DNA from: Capsulimonadaceae bacterium
GTDB lineage: Bacteria > Armatimonadota > Armatimonadia > Armatimonadales > Capsulimonadaceae
Length of the DNA: 64,000 nucleotides
Reading direction: 5' to 3'
NCBI GenBank assembly: GCA_965215505.1
Contig: OZ244065.1
Location: 4,352,001-4,416,000 of the forward strand
Shown: positions 37,711-48,285 of the stretch, piece after piece
How the letters are laid out: every line of letters starts with the position of its first letter
Numbering within the stretch: position 1 is the stretch's first letter
Notes under the pieces: model-generated
What the model was told of the DNA's origin: nothing
Databases searched by the model: none
The model's input: the letters and a program-made list of their open reading frames with translations, nothing else
Made by a program: the position numbers and the translations under genes

Positions 37711-39813
37711 CTACGCCGTCGTCGTTGCCGCCACCGGCGTCAGCGTCACGGAGCGCAGGGCGATCCCGATCCAGGCGGGCGTGGCCTGCGGCTTGAACGA
37801 GAGGGTCTGCCGGCCGCTCTGCGCCAGCGTCAGGGGCCCGAGCGGCTGGGAGGCGAAGGTGTCCCACGAGCCGGTGGAAATGGTCTTTCCCGTCATGGAC
37901 TGCCCGCCCGCCTCCACCCGGAAGGATGCGCCCGCAGCGGGAGTGTCGCAGGAGTAGGAGGCGGTGACCGTATAGGTGCCCGGCGCGGGGACGGTGAACT
38001 CCCACGAAACCGAATCGCTCGCCGTCCCCCAGTAGCCGATGTCGTCAATGCCGCCCTTGTTCTCCACCTGTGGTGAGGACCCATGAAGCGTGGCAGTTGT
38101 CGCGGTCAGGACGACCACGCCGCTTGCCTGCGGCTGGACGATGACGGCGACAGGAGCGAGTACGATGGGGGCGGCGGGCAGTGCCACCGGCGTCAGGCCG
38201 CGCCCGGCGATACGCAGGCCGTACACATAGTCGCACGGCTTTTGGGCCGGCAGGGTCAGGGCCAGGCCGCTTGCCGTCTGCGTCCAGGCCAATTTCCCCC
38301 GGTGGCCGAGCAGGCTCACGTCCTGCACCTTCCCCGCGCCCTGGGCCAAGGACCGAACCAGCAGCTTGCCGTCCTCGGGCCAGGCCATGGCGAAGGCGTA
38401 TGTGGTGTCGCCCTTCTGGGTGAACCGGAAGTCCTGCGGCGTGTACTTCCGGTTGCCCTCGTTGAAGCCCTGCGCGCGCGTCGCCGGGCCGCCGCCTGCG
38501 GGACCCTCGCCGAAGACGTGCCAGGGGCGGGTGGCGTAGATGCCCTCGCCGCTCACGTCCATCCACTTCTTGAAGTCGGCAAGGAAGGCCAATTCGTCCG
38601 TATCAGGCTTGCCGCTGCCGGGCAGCGGGATGTTGAGCATCAGGTTGCCGTTCTTGCTGACGATGTCCACCAGCATGTGCGCCACCTGGTCCGGCTTCTT
38701 GTAGCCGTGCCGCTCGAACAGCGGCAGCGAGTAGTGCCAGTCGCCGATGCAGGTGTCGGTCTGCCACGGCAGCGGCTCGATCCGGTCGCTGTAGCCGCGC
38801 TCCAGGTCCCAGACCAGGCACTTGCGCTGCTGCTCGCTGAGGATCTTCCCGTTGACGACTGCTTCCAGCCGCCCGCCGTGCCGCTTCATGTTCCGGTTGT
38901 AGAAGTTCGCCGCGATCCGCAGGCCGACATCGGTGATGGGGTAGAGGGGTAGGACGGTGTCATCAAAGTAGACCTGGTCCGGGTGGTAGGTGTCGATCAG
39001 GTCCATGATGCGGTTGTAGAACTTCTCGGTGTAGGCGGCGCTCGGCAGGTCGCCGCGCCCCCGGTTGTTCCACTCCCATTCCAGGCCCATCGGCGCGTGG
39101 TTCTGGGCGTAAAGCTCCTGCGGGTCCAAGCCCTCCCACCACAGGCCCTTGCCGTCCGCCTTGGTCAGATGGCCGTCATACGGGACGCCCGCAAGCGGTC
39201 CGGTCTTGTCCGCGCCCTGCGAAGTCTCGTACCACGACCAGGCATGGGCGGCGTGGACCGAAACCGCGAAGCGCAGCCCGGCAGCCCGCACGGCCTTCTC
39301 CCAGCCGCCCACGATGTCCTTCTTGGGGCCGACGGCGACCGAGTTCCAGGTCTGGTACTTGCTGTTGTAGTTGTCCAGGTTGTCGTGGTGGTTGGCGAGG
39401 CACATGAAGTATTTCGCCCCGGCACCTTTGTAAAGGCCGATCAGATGCTCCGGGTCCCACTCCTCCGCCTTCCACTGGTGGATCACGTCTTTGAACCCGG
39501 CCTTGGACGGGTGACCGTAGTGGGCGACCTGATAGTTGTAGTCGCGGTTGCCTTCCTGGTACATCTGGCGCGCATACCAGTCCCCCTGGCCCGGCTGGCA
39601 CTGCGGCCCCCAGTGCGCCCACATGCCGAACTTGGCGTCCCGGAACCAGTCGGGGGTCTGGTACTGCGACAGCGAGTCCCAGGTCGGCTGGAACGGTCCG
39701 CCGGTGGCGGGCGTGGGGAGGGCAGCATCGGCCCTCAGCCCCAGCCGCCCGAGGGCGAGGCCGGCTGCGGCGGCGGCCCCCCCAGTGATGAGCCTGCGTC
39801 GTGAGATTGACAT
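37711..39813 (-). CDS. Alpha-L-fucosidase (GH29), Tat-exported, with a C-terminal CBM-like domain
   Basis: SRRRLI Tat motif; WFRDAKFGMWAHWG, NHHD, DIVSKNGNLMLN. Confidence 0.92.
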   Translation of the reverse strand: MSISRRRLITGGAAAAAGLALGRLGLRADAALPTPATGGPFQPTWDSLSQYQTPDWFRDAKFGMWAHWGPQCQPGQGDWYARQMYQEGNRDYNYQVAHYGHPSKAGFKDVIHQWKAEEWDPEHLIGLYKGAGAKYFMCLANHHDNLDNYNSKYQTWNSVAVGPKKDIVGGWEKAVRAAGLRFAVSVHAAHAWSWYETSQGADKTGPLAGVPYDGHLTKADGKGLWWEGLDPQELYAQNHAPMGLEWEWNNRGRGDLPSAAYTEKFYNRIMDLIDTYHPDQVYFDDTVLPLYPITDVGLRIAANFYNRNMKRHGGRLEAVVNGKILSEQQRKCLVWDLERGYSDRIEPLPWQTDTCIGDWHYSLPLFERHGYKKPDQVAHMLVDIVSKNGNLMLNIPLPGSGKPDTDELAFLADFKKWMDVSGEGIYATRPWHVFGEGPAGGGPATRAQGFNEGNRKYTPQDFRFTQKGDTTYAFAMAWPEDGKLLVRSLAQGAGKVQDVSLLGHRGKLAWTQTASGLALTLPAQKPCDYVYGLRIAGRGLTPVALPAAPIVLAPVAVIVQPQASGVVVLTATTATLHGSSPQVENKGGIDDIGYWGTASDSVSWEFTVPAPGTYTVTASYSCDTPAAGASFRVEAGGQSMTGKTISTGSWDTFASQPLGPLTLAQSGRQTLSFKPQATPAWIGIALRSVTLTPVAATTTA

Positions 39814-39875
39814 GGTCGCTCCTTTGTCTCGTGTTTATCGCGTTTGTGGCGTCGCTGTGTGGCGTTGCTGAAAAG

Positions 39876-40019
39876 GACGAGCGATTGAAATCACTCGCTG
39901 CCGCCGGACCTGTCCAGGGGACAGAAGAGGGACAGGAGGGGGAAAGAGCAGGGGGCAACACCCTGTTCTCGCGTCCCCTGGACGCTTCTGCTGGCAGCGA
40001 GTGATTTCAATCACTCGTC
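39876..40019 (+). repeat. Nested-palindrome dispersed element, copy 3
   Basis: GACGAGCGATTGAAATCACTCGCT-N7-GACCTGTCCAGGGGACAGAAGA-N42-GCGTCCCCTGGACGCTTC-N7-AGCGAGTGATTTCAATCACTCGTC. Confidence 0.92.
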
Positions 40020-40065
40020 CTCTCCGCCGCCCTCTCCCCTTCACCCGCCCTCTCCCCTTCGCCCG

Positions 40066-43000
40066 TCAGCGGCTCGTGAAAACGTAGTCCCCGGAGCCGA
40101 CGTGGTAAACGCTTGCCCCGTCCTCGCTCCTCAGAAACTCGACCCCGCGCCCCGGCGAAACCGGCAGGCCGCCTTCCAGGACGGAGCGCGGGTCGTGCGC
40201 CGGCACATAGACCGTCGCGGTCGTGTTGGCCGGGATGCTGACGCGCAGGGTCAGACGTCCGCCCTCGCGCTTCCAGCCGCTGACGATCCGCCCGGCGCGC
40301 GAGTCGTAGGCGGCTCCGGCCCAGGTCAGGCCAGGGACGGCGGCGGGGCGGATGATGATCTTGCGGAAGCCCGGCCCGTCCGGGTCGTCCCGGATTCCGG
40401 CCAGCGAACGGTAAAACCACTCGTTGATCTGCCCGAACATGAAGTGGTCCTGCGACGAGCCGCCGTTCCACCCTTCGGTCAGGCTGGTCTTGCCGAGCTT
40501 CACCTGAAGCCCGTAGCCCTGCGTGTCCGTGTCGAACGTCGTGTCGATCAGGTCCGACCGGCCCCCGTCGGCCAGGCTTTCCAGGACGAACCGCAGGCTC
40601 ACTTCCCCCGCCGTCGGCCCCTTGCTTTGCAGGTCCCGCGCCAAAGCATCCAGCACGGCGGGGCGATGGGCCGGCTCCACCATCCCCATCGCCAGGGGGA
40701 AGGCATTGGAGGCCTGCGAGCCGGTCGCATAGCTGTCCGTCGCGGCATCGAAGAACTTCTGGTTGTAGGCGGCCAGTATCTCCTGCGCTTGCCGGCTGTA
40801 ATGAGCCGCATCGTCCGGCCTGCCCAGGAGCGCCGCCACGCGGGCCAGCGTCTGGGAGTCGTAAAAGTAGAAAGCGGTCGCCGTGATGCCGATGGGGGTG
40901 AGCTTGGAAGCCCCGTCGCCGTGGGCGTCGTACCAGTCGCCCAGGCCGAAGCCGACGACATGGCCCTGTGCCCGCGCGCTCAGATAGTCCACATAGCGTC
41001 GCATGGTGTCGTAGTGCGCCCGCAGCGGCGTAAGGTCGCCGTCGAACTCGTACTGCTGCCACGGCACCGCGATGCAGGCGCTGCCCCACTCCGGCGGGTT
41101 CGTGAACGCGCCCTCATCCCAGTGCGGGTAGTCCGGGCAGGTTGAGGGGACCAGGCCATTGGGCCGCTGGGCGTCCGCCATGTCGTTCACCATCTTGGAC
41201 ATGAGCGTTGCCATGTCAAAGTTGTAACGGAGGGCCGGCCCGTTCAGGTGGTCCTCTTCCAGCCAGCCCAGCTTCTCGCGCGTGGGGCAGTCGGTCAGGA
41301 TGCTGACCATGTTGTTGAGCTGCGCCTGGCGAATCAGGCTCGCCGTCTTATTATACCTCTCACTCGAACAGGCGAAATGGCCGACGGCGGGGGCGTCGGC
41401 GTGGATGACGTCCCCCTCCACGACCTCGACCACCGGGAGCGATGCGCCGCCCGGCGCGGGCCGCGTCTCCACTTTAAGGTAGCGCCCGCCCCGGTAATAG
41501 AACCGGGACGCATAGGACTCGTCGCCCCCGCCGCTCAGGGTGTAGGTCCAGTAGGAGTCGCCCCCGCACATCTGGTCGTCGATGTCCCCGTTTTCTTTGA
41601 CAAGCTCCGACGGCGTGACCCGGACCGACGCCCCCCGCGCCCCCCGGACCCGCAGGCGGAGCAGGAGCGAGGCGTTCCGGCCCAGGTCGTAGACGGCCGC
41701 CGTCGGGCTGATCTGCCGGCGGCTGATGGGCAGGAGCGCGCCGAACCGTCGGATCGGCGGCCCGGCGCAGGAAAGCCCGCGCAGGACCCCGCCGGGGCCG
41801 GCTGTGATGACGGGACTCGCCCACCGGCCGTCGTCGAAGCCGGGTCGGTCCCACCCCGCCGGGGCGAGCCGGGCGTCGTAGTCCTCCCCGCCGTAGATGG
41901 ACGAGAAGGTGATCGGCCCCGCGCCGACCTTCCAATGCCCGTCCGTGACGACGTCCTGCGCCGTCCCGTCGGCGTATTCCAGCCGGAGCAGCCCGAATGC
42001 CCGCTGCGGGCCGAACGACCCGGTGATCTTCGTGTAGCGGCCCGGATGGATGTTGTACATGCCGTTGCCCAGGAACAGGCCGACGGCGTTCGCGCCGGGG
42101 CGCAGGGCGGCCGTGATGTCGTAGGTGTCGTACAGGCACGTCTTGTTGTACTGTGTCCATCCGGGCGACAGGACTGCGTCGCCGACCCGTGCGCCGTTGA
42201 CCGACATCTCGTACTGGCCCAGGCCGCACACGAACGCCACGGCCCGCGTCAGGCCGGGCCTGACGGTGAAGCCGCGCCGCAGCAGGACCGAGTCGGTCCG
42301 CGCGCCCAAGCCCCCGGAGGTCATCAGCGCGGCCCTGCCCCACTCGCTGGACTCCACGCTGTCTTCCGCCGCGACGCCCGCGACGGCGGCCTCTTTCCCC
42401 GCCGAGATCGCCTGAACGCCGCGCAGCGCGAAGGCGTAGGCCGCCGTCCCGGTGATCGCCGCGTCCCGCAGCCAGAGCTTCGTCGCCGTGACGCGCACAT
42501 AGCGCGCGGTGACGGCATGGGCGGCGAACGCGACCGGCCCGACGCCGGGATTGGGGTAGTCCGCCGATGACTGGTCCGTGACCGTCTCGGGGTGCTGGAA
42601 TGCCGCCTCATTGGCGGCCTCCACCCGGAAGCGCAGGGGAAAGCCGAAGCCGTCCCGCCCGGCGTGCTGCATGGGGAGCAGACGCACGGCGGAGAGCGCG
42701 ACCGCCCGGCCCAGGTCGATCTGCACCCACTTCACGTCGTCCTGCCGCTGCGCCTCCGAGGCGTGGTAGCCGATCAGCGCGGCGTTGCCGACGGCGGCAT
42801 CCCTACCGATCCATTCACCCCCCTGCCAATCGGCGGGGCGGAGGATGCCCATGGTCCAGCGGGCGGGCGCGCTCCACGCCGAGGGCCGCCCGGCCTGATC
42901 CACGACCCGCACCTTCCACCAGCACCGGCCGCCGGAGCGCAGCGGCTTCCCGGCGTAGGCGATCTGGTTGGTTCGGTCCGAGGCCACGGCTCCCGAGTCC

Positions 43001-43281
43001 CACAGGTCACCCGCGCCCCGCGCCAGCAGGCCGGGCGCGGAGGCGACCAGGATGCGGTAGGCGGTCTGACGCAGTCCTCGGCCCGTGCCTTCCAGCGTCC
43101 AGGACAGCCGGGGGGCGGGAGTGTCAACGCCCAGGGGGTCCGCGACATACCCGCAGCGCAGGGTACCGACGTGGAGTGACCCGGCGGGCTGAGGCGCGGC
43201 GAGGCAGGGCGTCGGCCCGCCGGGCAGCCAGAGGGCGGCCAGGAGCAGGCCGAGTAGCGGCGGGAGTTTTGATGCAGGCAT
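40066..43281 (-). CDS. Alpha-L-rhamnosidase (GH78) with an inserted F5/8 type C-like module
   Basis: PRLSW, GEDYDAR, TDCPTREKLGW, GDW, SQDHFMFG; WVQIDLG...ARYVRV insert. Confidence 0.92.
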   Translation of the reverse strand: MPASKLPPLLGLLLAALWLPGGPTPCLAAPQPAGSLHVGTLRCGYVADPLGVDTPAPRLSWTLEGTGRGLRQTAYRILVASAPGLLARGAGDLWDSGAVASDRTNQIAYAGKPLRSGGRCWWKVRVVDQAGRPSAWSAPARWTMGILRPADWQGGEWIGRDAAVGNAALIGYHASEAQRQDDVKWVQIDLGRAVALSAVRLLPMQHAGRDGFGFPLRFRVEAANEAAFQHPETVTDQSSADYPNPGVGPVAFAAHAVTARYVRVTATKLWLRDAAITGTAAYAFALRGVQAISAGKEAAVAGVAAEDSVESSEWGRAALMTSGGLGARTDSVLLRRGFTVRPGLTRAVAFVCGLGQYEMSVNGARVGDAVLSPGWTQYNKTCLYDTYDITAALRPGANAVGLFLGNGMYNIHPGRYTKITGSFGPQRAFGLLRLEYADGTAQDVVTDGHWKVGAGPITFSSIYGGEDYDARLAPAGWDRPGFDDGRWASPVITAGPGGVLRGLSCAGPPIRRFGALLPISRRQISPTAAVYDLGRNASLLLRLRVRGARGASVRVTPSELVKENGDIDDQMCGGDSYWTYTLSGGGDESYASRFYYRGGRYLKVETRPAPGGASLPVVEVVEGDVIHADAPAVGHFACSSERYNKTASLIRQAQLNNMVSILTDCPTREKLGWLEEDHLNGPALRYNFDMATLMSKMVNDMADAQRPNGLVPSTCPDYPHWDEGAFTNPPEWGSACIAVPWQQYEFDGDLTPLRAHYDTMRRYVDYLSARAQGHVVGFGLGDWYDAHGDGASKLTPIGITATAFYFYDSQTLARVAALLGRPDDAAHYSRQAQEILAAYNQKFFDAATDSYATGSQASNAFPLAMGMVEPAHRPAVLDALARDLQSKGPTAGEVSLRFVLESLADGGRSDLIDTTFDTDTQGYGLQVKLGKTSLTEGWNGGSSQDHFMFGQINEWFYRSLAGIRDDPDGPGFRKIIIRPAAVPGLTWAGAAYDSRAGRIVSGWKREGGRLTLRVSIPANTTATVYVPAHDPRSVLEGGLPVSPGRGVEFLRSEDGASVYHVGSGDYVFTSR

Positions 43282-43284
43282 GGC

Positions 43285-46200
43285 TCAGTCTTTCCCGTCT
43301 ACCGTCAGGTGCGCCGTCTTGCCCAGCACGGACAGGGCGGGGTCAACCGCGCTGCCCATCTGCGGCGGCATGACGTCGTAGTCGCCCGGCGTGGCGGCCT
43401 GCAAGTGGTAATCGATCTCGTGCTGGCCGGGCGTCAGGTCCGAGATAAAAAAGACGACCTTGTCGTCACGCACGTCCGTATAGTCCCACCAGTTGGACCA
43501 GTCCGCTGTGTCGTCCCCGGACGCCTCGGCGACCCGGAACCCCGCCGGCAGCGGTTCCTCGACGACCACGCGCGAGGCGGGCCGAGTGGCATTAATAATG
43601 AGCCGGACGAGGACGCCCTCGCCCGCGTTCAGATGCGTGTCCGGGGTAGGCACGGTGTCCTCCCAGAGCCAGTTGCGGCGGCTCGTCGTCCGCATGTAGG
43701 TCCGCCTGATCCGATACCCGGATGGGGCGGGCGGCAGGGGCGCCCCGCCGGGGCGAAACACGGCGTTCCAGACGCGCGCCAAGAGCGGCGTCGGCGGGTC
43801 GGGCGCGGGCTGCGTGAGGCACTGCCGCAGTTCCAGCGAGTAGTACAGGCGGCCCGTCCCGACCTTCCGGAGCGAGACCGTGTTCTCGCCAATCTGCAAG
43901 GCCGTCCCAGGCACGTCCAGCGAGACCTCGGGCCGGTCCGCGGAGTCCGGCGTGAAGCGAACGGCGCGGACCTCATGCCCGTTGACCAGGACGTAGGCCT
44001 GGAAGTTCGGCGACGACTCGCCGCCCCGCGCCGCGTAGATCGCCAGGGCGCGCACCGCCACGGCGGTCGGGACCGGGCCGACCCAGTGGTCGCCGCTGCG
44101 GGCGGTCATCAGCCAGCGGGCCGCGCCGTCAATGCGCGCATCATCGGGAGTGACTGCCTCGGCCGCCAGCAAAGCCCAGGCCGTCGCCTCGGCGTCGGGC
44201 ATCTCGGCCCCCGCCCCCTCCGCCGTCCGGTGCCCGCCCCCTGCCCACGAGACGAGGCTGCCGGTCTGCCGCCCGACCTCCCACAAACGGCGCATCAGCG
44301 TCCGCGCCTCGCCGGCCTCTTCGCCGCCCAAGGCCTGCTCGGCCAGGGCGGCCCGCGCCAGATCGGCAGGGCGGGGCAAGGCGTCCGGGCCGCGCCAGCG
44401 CCTTTGGAGCCAGTGCAGGTTCGCTCGGGCGTCTTTCACATCGCCCCCCGCCGCCAGTGCCAGCGCGGCCAGCGAGACATTCGCCTCGTCCGGGTGCCCG
44501 TGTCCGCGCTCGGCGTTGGCGAGCGAGGCCAGCGTCTCGTTCGCGGCCTTCTGGACCTTTGCCGGGACCGGCAACCCGCCGGAGCGGGCCTGCGTCAGCG
44601 CCCAAGCCGCCCAGGCGGTCATCCAGACGTCGGGCTTGCTGGTGGAGAACCAGCCCCACCCCCCGCCGTCGCCTTGCAGGCGGACCAGTCGCAAGGCGGA
44701 GCGCCGGGCGACGTTTTGCAGCCGCGCCCGCGTGCCCGCGTCCGTCACCAGGCCGGGTGCCCCCAGCGCGGCGGCGTCGCAGAGCAGGGCCGAACCCGTC
44801 GCGTCCGTGCTTTCATAGGGGTAGCCCGAAATCCAGACCGTGGCGGGAAGCAGCGTCGTGCTGATGGAGGGCGCGAGCCGGACCGTCAGCCGACTCGCGC
44901 CTTGAATGGCCGACGGGTCGAGCGTGACCGACTGCGAAACGTCGTGCAGCAGCGTCCCCGAGTGCCAGACGTTCTGCATGACGCCGTGCGGCAGCAGCGG
45001 CACCGGCTCCTCCACGCCGTCGGACAGACCCCCGCCGGACGCCGTCATCTGGACGGGGACGGGCGGCGTGCCGTTTGCCGCGACGGCGTCGGGTGCGGTC
45101 ACAGTCCAGGTCAGCCGGGCCGGGCGGCCCGGCTCCACATCCACGGTCCGGGCCGCGTCACCCGACACGCCCAGCCCCGGCGCGGACAGGCGGATCGTGG
45201 CGTGGATCGTCCCGGCGGTGTTGTTGTGGACCAGGCCGATCAATCGCCCGGTGTCCCCGGCCACCAGGAAAAGCGGCGTTTCCAGCCGGACCAGCAGGTC
45301 CTTCCCGACCGTGACGGCGGCGACGGCCTTGCCGACGCGCGTGTCCGACGAGTGCCCGTAGCTCGTGATGCGCCACGTCGTCAGCGTGTCCGGCAGCGTG
45401 AAATGCACCGCAATGTTCCCGTCCGGGCCGGTCAGGAGGGCGGGCTTCCAGAGGGCGGTGTCGGGGAATTTGCGCCGGATGTCAATGCTGGTCCCGCCCT
45501 TGTCCACGTCGCCCAATGTCTCGACCTTGCAGGAGTAGTCGGTTTCGACGGCGTCTTCTTGGGCTGGCTGGAAGGCGTCGCCGATGGTGCCGGGCGGCTC
45601 CGGCTTGATGGCGTAGACGGCACCGTCCACCACGCCCAGCGAGACTTCGGCGGGGACGGGGCTGCCTTGCGCGTCCCGCGTATGCACGAGGATCGTGGCC
45701 GAGTCGCCCGGATGGTACGCCGTCTTGTCCGTGCTGAGGCTGACCAGCAGGCCGCGCCGGTCGTCGTCTACCGTCAGAGTCGCCTCACTGCTCTCGAACT
45801 GCTTGCCGTTGACCGCGCAGACCTTGACCCGGACCGAAGGCGCGTCGTCCAGTGTCACCGGGAGGTCCACGGCGTTCGAGTGCCGGGTCAGTGCCACGGT
45901 GAAGGCGCGGTAAAGCGTCGTCCCTTCCAGAGTGACCAGCGCAGTTGGGCCTGGGTGGGCCGTGTTGACCAGCAGGTGCGCGGTCTGCCCTGGCGTGTAT
46001 TTTGCCCGGTCCAGCACGACGGATAGGTCGGACAGCCGGGCGGGCAGGGCGCGGTCCGCGTCGGCGGTGTCGCCGGGGACCCAGACGTCGGTGTCCGCCG
46101 TGACCTTATTGCCGCGCCGGTCCGTCCCGCCGGCATGCACCGTCAGGAGGCCGTTCTGCGTGGCCGTGACGGTCGCCGTCGCCGAACCGTCGGCCCCGGT

Positions 46201-48285
46201 CGTGACGTGGACGTCCTTGACGGTCGTGGCCGCCCCTTTGCCGTCCGGCGTGTCCGCCTCATAGCCCGCGCTGACCTCGACATCCTGACCCGGCAAAGGC
46301 GCGTCCGAGGCGTTCCGGGCTGAAACCGTGACCGTCACCGCGTCGCCCTTGTGGCAGGCGTAGACGTCCGGCGTCGCCTTCAGCGAGAACTCGCCCTGCG
46401 CGACCGTCACCTTGCCCTCCGCGCTGACCGTGTGGCCGGAAGCGTCGTCCACGTCGGCGTCTACCGTGTATTCTTCGTCCCCGCCCGGCTCGCCGCTCCT
46501 GGTCGGCAGCCGCAGGAAGGCCTGGCCGTTTCCGTCCAGCGTGACATCCTTCTCGACCGTCGGCTCGCCGCCCGTGTCGGGGCTGTCGCCCGTGTTCTCA
46601 CTGCCGCCGCTGCTGAAGCCGCGCAGGATCACCTTCGCCCCGCTCACCGGCGAGCCGTAGTAGTAGGCCGCCGTGACCGTGGCGTCTACGGTGTCGCCAT
46701 GCACATAGCGGGGGGCGGAGAACGTCACCGTCGCCTGATACTCGGGCTTGTGGTAGGCGGCGACGCTGAACGTCGCCGACTCCCGGTGGCCGTCAATGAA
46801 GGCCTTCACCGTGTATTCGCCCGTCAGGGCCTCGGGCGAGAGGCTCAGGACGGTGTTCCACGACCCCAGCGCGTCCGTCGCCGTGTCCTGGTGGCTGACG
46901 AGGTTGTCCTGCGGGTCCCGGATGTCCAGGGTCACGGGCCGGGCCGCTGGCACCGCGAAGCCCCGGCCCTGGTCGAACCACCGGCTGATGCCCTCCAGAT
47001 TGACGGCCTGGCCGGGCCGGTAGACGGGCCGGTCGGTGTAGAGGAAGGCGCGCAGGGACCGGCCCGCGATGCTCGCCGAGGCGGCCGGGTCTGCCTGGTC
47101 GCCGCCTTCGGCGTCTGCATCGTCCGACGCCCCGTTCCTGCCAGGCGTGTTCAGGCCGAAAGACAGCGCGACCGTCGAGCCGCCCGCCTGCGCCACCAGA
47201 ATGCCTTCGCTCTCCGCCGATGCGCCCGCCGCCGAGAGCCGGGCCAGGCCGTCCGCGCCGGTCGTCGCTTCGCCCATAAGGCGGCTCGTGCCGGCCTCGG
47301 CGAACAGCCTCAGACGCGCGTGGGGGACGGGGCGGCCCGTCGCCAGATCGGTGACGAACGCCAACGTCCGCGTCCCGAAGGTCTTGCGGATCAGGGCCAG
47401 GTTCGTCACGCGCACCCAGCCGGTCGCCGTGACCGTCTTGGCGTCCTCGTCCGCCGTCGCCGTCACCCGGTACAGGCCGGGCGAGAGCGGCCCGAGCGGG
47501 ACGCGCTCGTAGAACGATCCCTCCTTGTCTGCGTCGCCGACGGTGTAGGTCCAGTGCCGCAGGGGGGTGAACTCGCCGCGCCAGAGCGGCCCCGGGCCCT
47601 CGGCGTTGTCGTGGACGGAGCGGGCCAGCAGGGAGGGCTTGTGGCCCAGCGCGCCGCCGACGTCCAGCCTGTCCAAGCGCAGGTGCAGGACGCGCGTCAG
47701 CAGAGCGCCTTGCAGGGGCAGCAGGGGAGTCTCGGCGGGCGTCCAGTCCAGCGTCGTCGCGGTGAAGTTCAGCGTGGACTCCTGCCGCTTCAACGGGATC
47801 GTGATCTGCGCGGCCTGCTCCTCCAGCACGACCACCGTGTGGGTGTCGTCGGACGAGTGCAGGCTGGTGGAGGCGCTGACCGCGTACTCGCCGACCCGGA
47901 CGTGGGCCAGCTCAAACCGCCCCTGGGCGTCCGTGTGGGTGCGCCACTCCGTCCGGGGCGCAGCGGAGCCGCCGGACGGGCCGACCTCGGCGTCATCTTT
48001 GCTGTCCTGCGTCCAGCCGAGCGGCGGCTCCGCCACGGCCTGCATGGAGGTTTCCACGTCCTGGACGGCGTCTTCGCCGCTCTTGGTATCATCTTTCAGC
48101 GACAGGGACACGTCGGCATCGGCCAGCGGCAGGCCCGAAACAGAGTCCACGCAGACGCCCCGGACCGTTCCGGTCGGCGGCTGGGACCAGGCCAGGGCCG
48201 CGCAGATCAAGGCGGTCAGGGCGATCAGGAGGGTGAGCAGCAGGCGTCGCCGCCGGTCGTCAGGCACGAGGGCGGGACGTGACAT
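43285..48285 (-). CDS. Bacterial alpha-2-macroglobulin family protein lacking the thioester motif
   Basis: TDRPVYRPG, PDTLTTWR, GGWGWF, VVEEPLPAG, RDDKV, TPGDY; YPYESTDAT in place of YPYGCxEQT. Confidence 0.9.
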   Translation of the reverse strand: MSRPALVPDDRRRRLLLTLLIALTALICAALAWSQPPTGTVRGVCVDSVSGLPLADADVSLSLKDDTKSGEDAVQDVETSMQAVAEPPLGWTQDSKDDAEVGPSGGSAAPRTEWRTHTDAQGRFELAHVRVGEYAVSASTSLHSSDDTHTVVVLEEQAAQITIPLKRQESTLNFTATTLDWTPAETPLLPLQGALLTRVLHLRLDRLDVGGALGHKPSLLARSVHDNAEGPGPLWRGEFTPLRHWTYTVGDADKEGSFYERVPLGPLSPGLYRVTATADEDAKTVTATGWVRVTNLALIRKTFGTRTLAFVTDLATGRPVPHARLRLFAEAGTSRLMGEATTGADGLARLSAAGASAESEGILVAQAGGSTVALSFGLNTPGRNGASDDADAEGGDQADPAASASIAGRSLRAFLYTDRPVYRPGQAVNLEGISRWFDQGRGFAVPAARPVTLDIRDPQDNLVSHQDTATDALGSWNTVLSLSPEALTGEYTVKAFIDGHRESATFSVAAYHKPEYQATVTFSAPRYVHGDTVDATVTAAYYYGSPVSGAKVILRGFSSGGSENTGDSPDTGGEPTVEKDVTLDGNGQAFLRLPTRSGEPGGDEEYTVDADVDDASGHTVSAEGKVTVAQGEFSLKATPDVYACHKGDAVTVTVSARNASDAPLPGQDVEVSAGYEADTPDGKGAATTVKDVHVTTGADGSATATVTATQNGLLTVHAGGTDRRGNKVTADTDVWVPGDTADADRALPARLSDLSVVLDRAKYTPGQTAHLLVNTAHPGPTALVTLEGTTLYRAFTVALTRHSNAVDLPVTLDDAPSVRVKVCAVNGKQFESSEATLTVDDDRRGLLVSLSTDKTAYHPGDSATILVHTRDAQGSPVPAEVSLGVVDGAVYAIKPEPPGTIGDAFQPAQEDAVETDYSCKVETLGDVDKGGTSIDIRRKFPDTALWKPALLTGPDGNIAVHFTLPDTLTTWRITSYGHSSDTRVGKAVAAVTVGKDLLVRLETPLFLVAGDTGRLIGLVHNNTAGTIHATIRLSAPGLGVSGDAARTVDVEPGRPARLTWTVTAPDAVAANGTPPVPVQMTASGGGLSDGVEEPVPLLPHGVMQNVWHSGTLLHDVSQSVTLDPSAIQGASRLTVRLAPSISTTLLPATVWISGYPYESTDATGSALLCDAAALGAPGLVTDAGTRARLQNVARRSALRLVRLQGDGGGWGWFSTSKPDVWMTAWAAWALTQARSGGLPVPAKVQKAANETLASLANAERGHGHPDEANVSLAALALAAGGDVKDARANLHWLQRRWRGPDALPRPADLARAALAEQALGGEEAGEARTLMRRLWEVGRQTGSLVSWAGGGHRTAEGAGAEMPDAEATAWALLAAEAVTPDDARIDGAARWLMTARSGDHWVGPVPTAVAVRALAIYAARGGESSPNFQAYVLVNGHEVRAVRFTPDSADRPEVSLDVPGTALQIGENTVSLRKVGTGRLYYSLELRQCLTQPAPDPPTPLLARVWNAVFRPGGAPLPPAPSGYRIRRTYMRTTSRRNWLWEDTVPTPDTHLNAGEGVLVRLIINATRPASRVVVEEPLPAGFRVAEASGDDTADWSNWWDYTDVRDDKVVFFISDLTPGQHEIDYHLQAATPGDYDVMPPQMGSAVDPALSVLGKTAHLTVDGKD

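Noticed and set aside
35935-43281. GH43/GH29/GH78 run as a novel system
   Set aside because: Ordinary glycosidase cluster with no transporter or regulator in the run
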